Counted from the first letter of the stretch, positions 25,395-34,570 are shown. The stretch: DNA of 45,908 nucleotides from a virus (IMGVR_UViG_3300044454_000098:1-45908); one strand, 5' to 3'. Notes: generated by a model from the sequence alone, not told the origin. A program made the numbers and translations.

Positions 25395-28300
25395 TATTCG
25401 GCTCCCTGCAGCTGCTCCCGCAGCCGCTCGATCTTGCCGCGCTCATGCTCGAGACGGGCGGCCTTCGTCTGCTCTCCGAGGGTCTGATCGCGCATGATCT
25501 GGCGGATGTTTCCCTGCACTTCGCGTATCTCGGCCATGACCTTGCCGCGCTGCCCGCGCTCCTGCTTATCAACCGAGAACCCGCGCACGTTGACGCCGAA
25601 CACGGTCTGCCCGACCGCGCGCGGCACGCTTTCCTCCTGGCCGAACCGGCCCTGGCCGGTCCAGTTGATGCCGAGCTCGGGCACTTCTACCGGCGCGTTA
25701 AACGTGCCGGCGACGCCCTGCGCCAGCTTGTCGAAGCCGTAGGTGCCAGGCAGCAGCGGCATGGCCGGCGCGAACTGCTGGAACACGTACTTGGCAGACT
25801 TCAGCGTGCGATCCTGGGCGTCGTCGCTGGCCTTGAAGAAGTCGCCGCCGGTGAGCGGGTCCACGTTCCAGCCCAGGGTCAGGTACGCCTGCAGCAGCGG
25901 GTGCGACGGCATGAACGCCTGCGGTAGCGGCAGGCCCTCGCCGTTGGTCGAGTTGAACAGCGTCCCCAGGGGCGTCAGCCGGCCGATGTTCAGGAACTGC
26001 GGATTGCCGTCGCGATCGTCCATCACCCGGATGTGCGACGGGAAGCCAAGCGGGCTCCACCCCTTCATGTAGGCCGGCATCATGCGGCGCTCGTAGTCCT
26101 CGTCGTCGTCGCCGCCCAGGGCGTAGCTGAGCGCGTTGATGCCACTGAAGATCAGCGCGTACTTCGCCATGACCCACGGCCGCGTGAGCCAGGCGTGGGT
26201 AATCGCCGGGATTGCCTTGTAGGTGTAGCTGACGAACGGAATGGCGAAATTGCGGATGCGCTGCACGTTGGGCGGCAGGTCGCGGTAGTCGAATATGTAG
26301 CGGTTCGCCTCGGCCGCCGCCGCCTCGGCGTCCATGCCGCGGCCGCGGTAGTGCGAGAAAATCAGCAGCTTGAAGAACGCATCCTCGGCGCCGTACAGGT
26401 TGCGCATGTGCTTGCGGTACCAGCTGGCGCCGGTGTACTTGCCGATCAGCTGAGCGGCCCGAGTCTCGAACAGCGCGCCGATGCCGGCGGGCCCTTCGTG
26501 GCGCAGGACGTCGGTCGAGTCCGGCAGCCACTCGCGCAGCTCGTCCACGGCGTTGCCTTCCAGCAGGCCCTGCTCGATCGCCTCGCGGGTCATCTTGCCC
26601 TGCTTGCGGAAGTCCGCCAGGGCCTTCGCATACGCCTTGACGTTCAGCGGCGAGATTCCGGCGATGTCGGCCATCAGCACGTTGCTCATGACGTTGGCCG
26701 CGTGCGTGGCCGGGTTCATCGCCGTCTTGCCCTCTTTCCAGAGCGCCATCAGCTCGGCGAATCCCTTTTCAAACGCGCCGCGATCGCGGAACGTGTACTC
26801 GAGCTCTTTCCAGACCTCTTCCGGCACGTACATCCCCGACAGCGCGCCGAACCGCTTGGCCTGGGTGCCCGGGATGCTGACGGTCGGGACCTGCTTCCAG
26901 CCGCGCTGGTCGCCGACGACCTTGCTCGAGGTCGCGAGCTTGGAGTTGGCGATCGACTTGAACACCCGGGCCGCGGCGATGTCGCCGCCGGTTTCCATCA
27001 CGCCGCGCGCGAAGCGGTAGATCGCGTCGCGCTCTTCGCCCATCTTCTCGCGCTCGGCCTTCGTGAAGTCGCGCCACATCGCCACCAGGTTCGGGTCCTG
27101 GGTGTCGGCGTCCTTGAGCTCGGTGAAGCCGGCCGCCTTCATGTGATTGACCATGCTCTTCGGCACGATCTCGAGCAGGCCGCGGCTCTTCGAGTGCTTG
27201 GCCTTGATGCCGACGCGCAGCGCGCGCTTCCACAGCGGGATGACGTTGCCCTGCTCGTCCACGTCTTTCGAGTAGTAGCGCGGCAGGTAGCGGCCCTGCC
27301 AGTGCTTCGCCTGCTGCTCGGTGATCAGCCCCAGGTCAACCAGCTGCTGCGTCTGCCGGTTGATGGCGGCGTCGATCTGCTGCGCGATCAGCTGGATATG
27401 CTCGGGCGCCGTGACGCCGGCGGCCATTTCGTTCTCGATGAAGTCGGACATCAGCGCCCGCTCGGCCGGCGGCAGGTCCTTGCCCGACTCGAGGATGTTG
27501 ACGGCCGCCGCCTTCGCCTTCGACTGGTCGGCGCGGTAGCGTTGCATCAGGCGCCGGAACTCCGGCGACGTGTTCGAGGCCAGCCCTACTTTCCTCAGTA
27601 GTCCGCCGACATACTTATCCAGCGCGGCATAGGCACGCTCGCCCGCCTTCAGGCGGCCGGTGACGGGATCGATGAACGGCTGCGGGCCGTAGTTGGAAAT
27701 ATCCTCAGCGACGTGTGTCGCGCGCCACTGGCCGGCGAGCTCGATGAACTTCTGCGGGTCCTTCTTCACCAGGGCGTCGAGGTCGGCGTGGCCGGCCTTC
27801 TTCGCCTGCTCGGTCAGCCACTTGGCCTGGTCGGTCAGGTCCTGCTCGTAGGGGCTGAGCTCTTCCTCGACGATCTTCGGGCTGGCGTTGCTAAACGTGC
27901 CGCGGTTGCCGGTGGCGGACTTCGCCTGCTCCGGCGAAAAGACGTTCCAGGTCCGCTCGCCTTTTTCGTAGGCAAACATGCCGTCGAACCCGCGCTTTTT
28001 CAGTGCATCGATGAACCCGGGCTCGGCCAGCCATTCAAAGTGGATGCCCTCGTAGTCGGCGGGGAATCCGATTTCCTTCGCGCTGATGTCGGTGCCGTTG
28101 GCCTCATTGATGAACTTGAGGGTTTCCCTGACGTTCAGGTTGTCCTCGGACATATCGATGTTCTGCGGGATGCGCAGCGGCTTTTCGATGCGCAGGTAGA
28201 CCTTGAGCACCTTTTCGCCGCCGAGCTCCTTGAGGTAGCCGGGCGGGCCGCCCTTGGTCTGACTGCGATTTACGTAGTCGTTGGCCTTCTTCGGCCGCTC

Positions 28301-31300
28301 CGCGAACCAGGCGCCAAAGTCTGTAGTGTCAAACGCCTCGAAATCGGCATCGGTGCCGTGGTAGACGGGCATCGGGTTGCCGTCCGCATCGACCACCTGG
28401 GACTTGCCGAACCACTTGCGGAATGCCGGAGCGTCAACCTGGCGGCCGTAGGGGGCCAACTTCTCGGCCGCGGCCTGCGGCTGCTTGGCCTGCGGCGTGC
28501 CCGAGCCTAGCTGGTCGGAACGCCCTTTTTGACGTTCGCGTTGAAGTGCGGCAGGTACGCCGCCTTTATCTTGGCGAACATTTGCTGCGCCTGGGCTGGC
28601 GTCGGCTTGTGCGCCGGCGAACCCGCGGTAGGTGGCTTCGGAGATTTGACCTGTTTCATAGGCTTGCTCGAGAGCCTGCCTTGCGGCCGGCTCGATCTGA
28701 TCATACTGGTAACGGGGGATTTCCGAAAGCTCGATGTAGACGGCATTTCCCTTGCCGTGGCGGTTGTCCACGATCGAGTAGCCGAACATGCCGTTGCTCT
28801 TGAAGTGCTCGACCACCTGCGGAACGGCCTGGTTGGCCTCGACGTGCGTCTTGACGTGCTCGGCCAGGGGCACGGTGCGGCCGCTGCCGAACTTCTCGGC
28901 CTGGCCCTCGGCCCGCGTCAGCGCGCCGGCGGTCAGCGCCTCGACCGGATCGCGGACGGTGTGCATCAGATACACCGCATAGCCGGCGTCCATCGCCTGC
29001 TGCATCTTCTCGATGCCCTTCTTGGCGTTGGCTACGTTCGTGTCATACACCAGGGCGGCCGTGTCCTTCAGCTGGCCGGCGTCCTGGAATTGCTTGAAGC
29101 CGGTCGATTTGCCGGCGCCGGTCCCGCCGGCGGTGAACAGCACCAGCGCCTGCCGGCCCTCGCCAGGCCCGCGCGCCAACTTGCGCTTGAACAGCTCCTT
29201 GACCAGGGTGCTCGACGGCTCATGCACGGCGGCCGCCTGGGTGCGATCAGCCAGGTAGTCGTTGAACAGCTCGCGCGCGGTGTCCACGTTCATGACGACG
29301 CCGCCCTCGGTTTCCGGCAGCTTGTCGTACTCGGCCTCGATCGCGTCCCACCCGCGCACGGCGATCTTGATGGCGGCCCGCTCTTCGATGTCCCGCTCGG
29401 CCTGGGTCTTGAGCGCGAACTTGCCCTCGGTCGGCGCCCGGCCGATCGAGTCATAGATCGCGCGCTGCGCCGGCGTGAGCTCGCCCAGGGTCGGCAGGTT
29501 CTCGTCGCCCTTGTGCCACAGCTTCTGCGTGTCCGGGGTCTGATCCTCGTAGGCCGGCAGGTCCTCGCGAACCTCGCGCGCGGAGCCATGCGTGTCTTTG
29601 CCGTACTGGCCGCGCTTGGGGCTGATCCCGGTCACGGAACGGCCGTTGCCCTCCACCAGGTCGGTGATATAGCCGGCCTGCCATAGCTGGTCGATCGTCT
29701 CGCCGTAGTCCGCAAGCACGCTGGCATTGTTGACGTACAGGAACAGGTCTACGCCGCCCCCGCCAGTGATGCCAAGCCGGCGGAACCAGGCAGCGGCCTT
29801 GGTCGGGTCTTTAAGCAGCCCGCTCGGAAACTCGGCGGCTGAGCGGACATACCCGCCCGTCGCGCCTATCACAGCGACGTGGCCCGGGTGCTGCAGGCCC
29901 TTCGCGAGTACCGCGACCTCACGCGGCGATATGGCGCTCGACCCCATCCAACTTGGCGCGTCGGGCCGGTTCAGGATCGCGTCGCCTGGGTAGTTGCTGA
30001 GCTTGAACGTCTGCGAGTTGAAGGGTGACGTGACATCCTGCGGAGCGATATAACCAAACTTGCCGCTGTTGATGATGACGTGCCCCTCAAAGCCGGGGAT
30101 CGTCCGCATGAAGTGCCGCGTGAGCTCGAGGTCGGCATCGCTCGCGCTCGGGCTGCCGCTCGGGTGGTTGTGCATCAGCCAGTAGCCCGTCGCCCCGACG
30201 CGCTTCATTTCATGCTGGATGTTTCGCGCCATTTCTCCTGGCCGGACATTGGCCGGGACAAAGCTGGTCGCGCTGGGCTTGCGCGACGTGACGGCGGTTT
30301 CGTGCACCACCTTGCCGCCCTTGACCATGATGATGCGGAAAGTCTCGTAGCGCGGATCGCGGTAGACCTGCGCCATCTGAGCCACCGCCTCGGCGGCCGC
30401 CTTGTTGTCGTTGGTCGGTATCTGCTGCCCGACCAGGGCGCCTACTCCGGCCTGCTCGAACTGGTCGGCAATGCTCTTGTGGATTACCCGCGGGCGGGGT
30501 TTCTGCGCGCCTTCGATCGGCTTGGCGACGACGGTCGATACGGTGCGAGGGGGTCCCGGTAGCCGATCGGCCGGCCCTTCGCGTCCAGCAGGACCGCGCT
30601 GCCGTCCGGCATCAGCTGCTCCCGCGGGCGCAGCCAGGTCGAGGTCTTGCGTGTACTTGTCACTGCGATCGCGCTCAGCTACGCCTGTTTGACTTTCGGG
30701 GCGCCCTTCAGCTTGTCGATTATCGGCTGGAACTTGGCCCGCGCCGCGTCGTCCATTTGGCCGAGCAGCATCATTCGCATAAGGCGCTGGCCCGGCAGAC
30801 TCGCCCAGGGCGAGAGCTGATTGCTTGGTTTCGGCTGTTTCATTAACTTTCCCCAGGACCTGCGCGGGCGTGGCGCGTTCTACCGCCCCGAACATATCAG
30901 TACCGGACTTGGTACCTTCAGTGTAGGCGAACTCCGCGGCGTTGCGCAGGCCGTCACCGATCTTGCGCGCCGAACGGCTATTGGTGGCAAAGAACTCGAG
31001 CAGCTGCTGCGCCTCGGGCGGCGTCTCGAAATCGGCCTGCTTCGCCAGCTTGGAGATTGACACGCCCTGGCGCGCAGCGTTGACCGCCAGGCGCGCGGCC
31101 TGGACGACGAACGGACGGAAGTCCAGCTGGCCCTCGACGTCCTCGAGCTTCGCCATCGGGCCGGCGGCCTGCGCCAGGCCGGCCAGCACGATCTTGGCCT
31201 CGGGGTCGGTTGCCTGCGCGTAGAGCTCGACCAGCGCCGGGTCGCCGTAGGCGCGGGCGAACGTGGCCGCCATCAGGCGCTCGCTGGCCTGCTTGGCGGG

Positions 31301-33520
31301 TTGACCCTTGCCGACCAGCAGCCCGCCCTGCTCGGCTTCCGGCATGTTACGGATAAACGACATCACCGATTGATGCGTGGGCAGCCCGTTGTCGTCGAAC
31401 TCGAGCGCGCCGAAATCCACCCGGGCGGCGTCGGTTTGCGCCTGCTCCGTTGCGTTCAATGCACTGACGCCCGACTGGTTGCTGACGTCGCCGATGTTGC
31501 CGGTCACGTCGGCCGACCGCATGATGCGGACCAGCACCGGGTTCTCGATGGCATCTATGGCGGCCGCATCGACGCCGTGGAGCGCCGCGTCGGCCTTGAT
31601 GCCCTCGACATAGGGCCCGGTCGTGCCGCGCTCGTAGGCGGCCTGTAGGCCAGCCATGCGGGCATTTCCGGCGACAGTCTTGATCAGCCCCGCGTTGTCG
31701 AGGCCGTACATCTTGACCGGCGTGCCGTCCGCCCGGTTGCTGGTGAGCACCTGGTCGGCCGGCAGCACCGCGTACTGCACCGTGTACTTCTTGCCGTTGG
31801 CGTCGGTGATCGTTTCCTGGCGGCCCACCTGGCCGGCCGGGATTTTCGCCGCGTCGCCGTTGCTGTACACCACCGGGGCGCCGGTCGCGAACTCGCGCGA
31901 GAACGACAGGCGCTGCGGGTCCGGGTTGGCGGCAATCGCGTTCATTTGCCGGATGCTGGCGGCGCTCGAGCGGTCGCGGTTCTGCAGCACCGGGCCGTTC
32001 TGCGTCAGTGCCTGGTCGGCGGTATCTCCACCCGGAACAGCTCGAACCTGTTCACCAGGCCCTTGTCGGTCGGGCTCAGCTTGGGCTGCTGCCCGTTCCT
32101 CACCTGGTCGGTTATTTCCTGCAGGCGCTTGGCTTGGTTGACCGTGATCAGGCTCTGCTCGTACATCGACCAAATCGGCGGGTCCAGGTACACGATCTCG
32201 CGGGCCATCTTGCTGCTCCGGTACGGCTTGTTGAATCGCGGCGAGCAGCCCGGCTACCCCCGATTGCGGTTGTGCTCCGCCAGGCGTTCCTCGTACTTCG
32301 GCCCCATCGGCACCGATCCCGGCGGCCGGTGCGCGTTGTAGGTCATTGCCGCCAGCTTCGCCGCCACTGCGGACGGCTTGCCCTGGCGCTGGTAGTTGTC
32401 CTTGATCGCTTTGTACTGTGCCGGCATTGGGAGCTCCCTTGAAGCCGAACGCTTCCACCAGGTCGCGGTACGTCGGCGCGGCCGGCTGCTCGGGTAGCAG
32501 CTTGTTCGCGACCTTGCCGGCGCCGCCCATCAGGGCGGTCTGCGTCAGAGTTGAAATCAGGGTCGAGTACGCCTGCTCGCCGATCTGATCCTTGTACCGC
32601 TGGATCGCGTTCGGGTCTTTCGAGCCGAGCGCATCGAACAGGTTTTCGCCCAGGGTGGCGATCTGCTCGCCGCCGAGCTCGTTGAGCGCGTAGACCAGCA
32701 GCTTGCGGGCGCCCGGGGCCTTGATGAACTTGCCGAGTTTGTCGAGCGCCAGCATTTCGGTGCCGGCCTCGATCGTGCCCTGGGCGGCCGCGTTGCCGAA
32801 CGCCGGCAGCGGAGCCACGCCGTCATTGCGCAGCTCGCCGTACTTCGGCAGCCCCTGCTGGAAGCCGAGCGCCGTGAGCGCGGCAGGCACGCCGCCGACC
32901 GCGCCGAGCGCCAGGCCGGGCACCTGCTGCACCGTGCTCTTCACGCCGCCGTAGATCGCCGCCAGCGTCGGGTCCTCGATCGCCGGGTTGGTGGTGGCGT
33001 CCTCGAGCTGCGCCTGGCCGCCGCGCTTGAGCGCGTCGTCGCGCATCGAGTCATAGCCCATGACGTCAGCGAACAGCGCGCGGGCGCCCTGCTTCATTTG
33101 GCTGGCCTGGTTCGGGATCGCGCCGCCCAGGTCGGCCGCCATGTTGCCGATCGTTGGCGCGGCGCCGCGCACCGGCGCGACGGTCGGCTCGGCCGGGTTG
33201 CGACTGATGTCGGTCGGCGCCACGCGATCGACCTGGCGCGCCAGCGCCGCCGTTGCGGGCGTCATCGGGCCAGGCTGCATGCCGTCCGAGCCGTTCATGA
33301 CGGATGGCGGCTCCGGCGGCTGGTACTCGCCCATGCCGGTATCGAACTCGGTAGACGGTGGCACGCCTTCGGTGGCGCCCTGGAACAGCTGCGCGACGCG
33401 CGACAGGATGCCGGGGCCCTTGGGGGCCGCCTGCGGGATCAGGTCATCGAATGCACCGCCGCCAGAGGCTGCCGGCGCCGCGGGCTTCGATGACGGCACC
33501 AGGTCGTCAAAGGCGCCCAT
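25394..33520 (-). CDS. Giant polyvalent internal-virion protein: DdrB-like ParB (~32000-30860), JAB/RadC (~30450-29600), zeta-toxin P-loop kinase (~29530-28660), ART-PolyVal (~28430-27880), helical C-terminal region
   Basis: QNRDRS...GAPVV/YAVL/GNAR; WLMHNHPSGSPSASDAD; LFTAGGTGAGKST; FRKWFGKSQVVDADGNPMPVYHGT...KSATGNRGTFS; position after ejection-protein genes. Confidence 0.85.
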   Translation of the reverse strand: MGAFDDLVPSSKPAAPAASGGGAFDDLIPQAAPKGPGILSRVAQLFQGATEGVPPSTEFDTGMGEYQPPEPPSVMNGSDGMQPGPMTPATAALARQVDRVAPTDISRNPAEPTVAPVRGAAPTIGNMAADLGGAIPNQASQMKQGARALFADVMGYDSMRDDALKRGGQAQLEDATTNPAIEDPTLAAIYGGVKSTVQQVPGLALGAVGGVPAALTALGFQQGLPKYGELRNDGVAPLPAFGNAAAQGTIEAGTEMLALDKLGKFIKAPGARKLLVYALNELGGEQIATLGENLFDALGSKDPNAIQRYKDQIGEQAYSTLISTLTQTALMGGAGKVANKLLPEQPAAPTYRDLVEAFGFKGAPNAGTVQSDQGQLPAPGQAVRSGGEAGGNDLQRAPAAGIGADGAEVRGTPGGAQPQSGVAGLLAAIQQAVPEQQDGPRDRVPGPADLVDVRAEPDHGQPSQAPAGNNRPGEERAAAQAEPDRQGPGEQVRAVPGGDTADQALTQNGPVLQNRDRSSAASIRQMNAIAANPDPQRLSFSREFATGAPVVYSNGDAAKIPAGQVGRQETITDANGKKYTVQYAVLPADQVLTSNRADGTPVKMYGLDNAGLIKTVAGNARMAGLQAAYERGTTGPYVEGIKADAALHGVDAAAIDAIENPVLVRIMRSADVTGNIGDVSNQSGVSALNATEQAQTDAARVDFGALEFDDNGLPTHQSVMSFIRNMPEAEQGGLLVGKGQPAKQASERLMAATFARAYGDPALVELYAQATDPEAKIVLAGLAQAAGPMAKLEDVEGQLDFRPFVVQAARLAVNAARQGVSISKLAKQADFETPPEAQQLLEFFATNSRSARKIGDGLRNAAEFAYTEGTKSGTDMFGAVERATPAQVLGKVNETAETKQSALALGESAGPAPYANDAARPNGRRGAGQVPADNRQAEGRPESQTGVAERDRSDKYTQDLDLAAPAGAADAGRQRGPAGREGPADRLPGPPRTVSTVVAKPIEGAQKPRPRVIHKSIADQFEQAGVGALVGQQIPTNDNKAAAEAVAQMAQVYRDPRYETFRIIMVKGGKVVHETAVTSRKPSATSFVPANVRPGEMARNIQHEMKRVGATGYWLMHNHPSGSPSASDADLELTRHFMRTIPGFEGHVIINSGKFGYIAPQDVTSPFNSQTFKLSNYPGDAILNRPDAPSWMGSSAISPREVAVLAKGLQHPGHVAVIGATGGYVRSAAEFPSGLLKDPTKAAAWFRRLGITGGGGVDLFLYVNNASVLADYGETIDQLWQAGYITDLVEGNGRSVTGISPKRGQYGKDTHGSAREVREDLPAYEDQTPDTQKLWHKGDENLPTLGELTPAQRAIYDSIGRAPTEGKFALKTQAERDIEERAAIKIAVRGWDAIEAEYDKLPETEGGVVMNVDTARELFNDYLADRTQAAAVHEPSSTLVKELFKRKLARGPGEGRQALVLFTAGGTGAGKSTGFKQFQDAGQLKDTAALVYDTNVANAKKGIEKMQQAMDAGYAVYLMHTVRDPVEALTAGALTRAEGQAEKFGSGRTVPLAEHVKTHVEANQAVPQVVEHFKSNGMFGYSIVDNRHGKGNAVYIELSEIPRYQYDQIEPAARQALEQAYETGQISEATYRGFAGAQADASPGAANVRQDKGGVPAALQRERQKGRSDQLGSGTPQAKQPQAAAEKLAPYGRQVDAPAFRKWFGKSQVVDADGNPMPVYHGTDADFEAFDTTDFGAWFAERPKKANDYVNRSQTKGGPPGYLKELGGEKVLKVYLRIEKPLRIPQNIDMSEDNLNVRETLKFINEANGTDISAKEIGFPADYEGIHFEWLAEPGFIDALKKRGFDGMFAYEKGERTWNVFSPEQAKSATGNRGTFSNASPKIVEEELSPYEQDLTDQAKWLTEQAKKAGHADLDALVKKDPQKFIELAGQWRATHVAEDISNYGPQPFIDPVTGRLKAGERAYAALDKYVGGLLRKVGLASNTSPEFRRLMQRYRADQSKAKAAAVNILESGKDLPPAERALMSDFIENEMAAGVTAPEHIQLIAQQIDAAINRQTQQLVDLGLITEQQAKHWQGRYLPRYYSKDVDEQGNVIPLWKRALRVGIKAKHSKSRGLLEIVPKSMVNHMKAAGFTELKDADTQDPNLVAMWRDFTKAEREKMGEERDAIYRFARGVMETGGDIAAARVFKSIANSKLATSSKVVGDQRGWKQVPTVSIPGTQAKRFGALSGMYVPEEVWKELEYTFRDRGAFEKGFAELMALWKEGKTAMNPATHAANVMSNVLMADIAGISPLNVKAYAKALADFRKQGKMTREAIEQGLLEGNAVDELREWLPDSTDVLRHEGPAGIGALFETRAAQLIGKYTGASWYRKHMRNLYGAEDAFFKLLIFSHYRGRGMDAEAAAAEANRYIFDYRDLPPNVQRIRNFAIPFVSYTYKAIPAITHAWLTRPWVMAKYALIFSGINALSYALGGDDDEDYERRMMPAYMKGWSPLGFPSHIRVMDDRDGNPQFLNIGRLTPLGTLFNSTNGEGLPLPQAFMPSHPLLQAYLTLGWNVDPLTGGDFFKASDDAQDRTLKSAKYVFQQFAPAMPLLPGTYGFDKLAQGVAGTFNAPVEVPELGINWTGQGRFGQEESVPRAVGQTVFGVNVRGFSVDKQERGQRGKVMAEIREVQGNIRQIMRDQTLGEQTKAARLEHERGKIERLREQLQGAE
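28507..28659 (-). CDS. Nested +1-frame small protein after the zeta domain (50 aa, MKQVKSPK...AQQMFAKIKAAYLPHFNANVKKGVPTS)
   Basis: 39/50 codons end in G/C; confined to the linker; candidate promoter upstream. Confidence 0.55.
   Translation of the reverse strand: MKQVKSPKPPTAGSPAHKPTPAQAQQMFAKIKAAYLPHFNANVKKGVPTS
30484..30612 (-). CDS. Nested +1-frame small protein before the JAB domain (42 aa, MPDGSAVLLDAKGRPIGYRDP...)
   Basis: RBS GGGAG 6 nt upstream; may start earlier at an upstream GTG. Confidence 0.45.
   Translation of the reverse strand: MPDGSAVLLDAKGRPIGYRDPLAPYRPSSPSRSKARRNPARG
30679..30843 (-). CDS. Nested +1-frame small protein after DdrB-ParB (54 aa, MKQPKPSNQLSPWASLPGQRLMRMMLLGQMDDAARAKFQPIIDKLK...)
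   Basis: GGGGAAAG upstream; 43/54 G/C-ending codons; matches the linker limits. Confidence 0.6.
   Translation of the reverse strand: MKQPKPSNQLSPWASLPGQRLMRMMLLGQMDDAARAKFQPIIDKLKGAPKVKQA
32005..32208 (-). CDS. Nested +1-frame small protein (67 aa, MAREIVYLDPPIWSMYEQSLITVNQAKRLQE...)
   Basis: RBS GGAG; 62/67 G/C-ending codons; ends exactly where DdrB-ParB begins. Confidence 0.7.
   Translation of the reverse strand: MAREIVYLDPPIWSMYEQSLITVNQAKRLQEITDQVRNGQQPKLSPTDKGLVNRFELFRVEIPPTRH
32254..32427 (-). CDS. Nested +1-frame small protein (57 aa, MPAQYKAIKDNYQRQGKPSAVAAKLAAMTYN...)
   Basis: RBS AAGGGAG; 50/57 G/C-ending codons. Confidence 0.7.
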   Translation of the reverse strand: MPAQYKAIKDNYQRQGKPSAVAAKLAAMTYNAHRPPGSVPMGPKYEERLAEHNRNRG

Positions 33521-34570
33521 TTACTTGATGCGGTTGGGGTTGATGCCAAAGCTCTTCAGGCGGTCGCGCACCGCGTCAGCGGCGGCGCCCTTCTTGATCG
33601 CGTCGTTGGCCTCTTTCACCAGGCGCTTGAAGTCCACCGCCGGGTCATAGCCGGCCTTGCGCATGCCGACCCATTCCTGCTGGCTCGGGTCGTTCGGGCC
33701 GGCGCCCATCGGGTAGGCGGCGCGGTATTCGGCGTTGTTCTGCAGGTCGTTCGGGTCGCGCTTCGGCGCCGGCCGCACGCCTTCCGGCAGCGGCACGGTA
33801 CCGGCGTCGCCCTTGACTGGCACGCGCTGCAAGGTCATGTTGCCGTCAGCGTCCGGCATCGGGATCAGCTGGAACTTGTCGGCGCCCTGGGCGCGCGCGT
33901 TGGCGGCGCCGGCCTGGGCGTTGTTCTCGCCGATCATCGACTGGCCGACTGCGGTCGGACCCTGGACACCGCGCAGCTGGTCCACGACGGTATTGCCCTG
34001 CACGCCGTAGCGCGCGTGACCGCCCTTCGCGAACTGCTCGGCCTGGTACTGGTCGAGCGGCACCCGGCCGCCCTGGACGTCCTCGAGGCGGAACTGCGCG
34101 CCGTTCTTGGCGCGCGCGTCGGCCATGTTCTCGGGATTCCAGTGCTCCACGCCCAGGTTCGGCAGCTGGCCGATCAGCGCGCGGCTGACGGCCGTCTGCG
34201 CCTGCGGATCGATGGCGGTTTGTTGACCATTGTCAAACACCACCGCCGGCAGCCCCTGCTTCATCCGGCCGCGGGCCTCGTTCAGCGCATCCATGCCGCC
34301 GGTAAAGCCGTTGTTCTGCGCCTCGAGCAGCGCGAGCTCGGCCACGATGTCGGGGCGCGCCCGCAGGATCGCATCTTCGGTGCCGATCTTCGCGGCCTGC
34401 GCGTTGTGGTGCCCGATCTGCGCCTTGTCCTGCTCGATGCCCCACAGCGCTTTCGCGACCGCGGTTTCGGCGTCGAGCTGCGCGCGCTGGCCCTGCCCGT
34501 AGGGGTTGGAAATCGCCATTTGGAACGCTTGCGTGATCCCTGGCGCGGCTTGATCCCATGCGAATTGCAT
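33521..34570 (-). CDS. Putative ejection/internal virion protein
   Basis: A/Q/G-rich, no Cys; position upstream of the giant protein. Confidence 0.65.
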   Translation of the reverse strand: MQFAWDQAAPGITQAFQMAISNPYGQGQRAQLDAETAVAKALWGIEQDKAQIGHHNAQAAKIGTEDAILRARPDIVAELALLEAQNNGFTGGMDALNEARGRMKQGLPAVVFDNGQQTAIDPQAQTAVSRALIGQLPNLGVEHWNPENMADARAKNGAQFRLEDVQGGRVPLDQYQAEQFAKGGHARYGVQGNTVVDQLRGVQGPTAVGQSMIGENNAQAGAANARAQGADKFQLIPMPDADGNMTLQRVPVKGDAGTVPLPEGVRPAPKRDPNDLQNNAEYRAAYPMGAGPNDPSQQEWVGMRKAGYDPAVDFKRLVKEANDAIKKGAAADAVRDRLKSFGINPNRIK

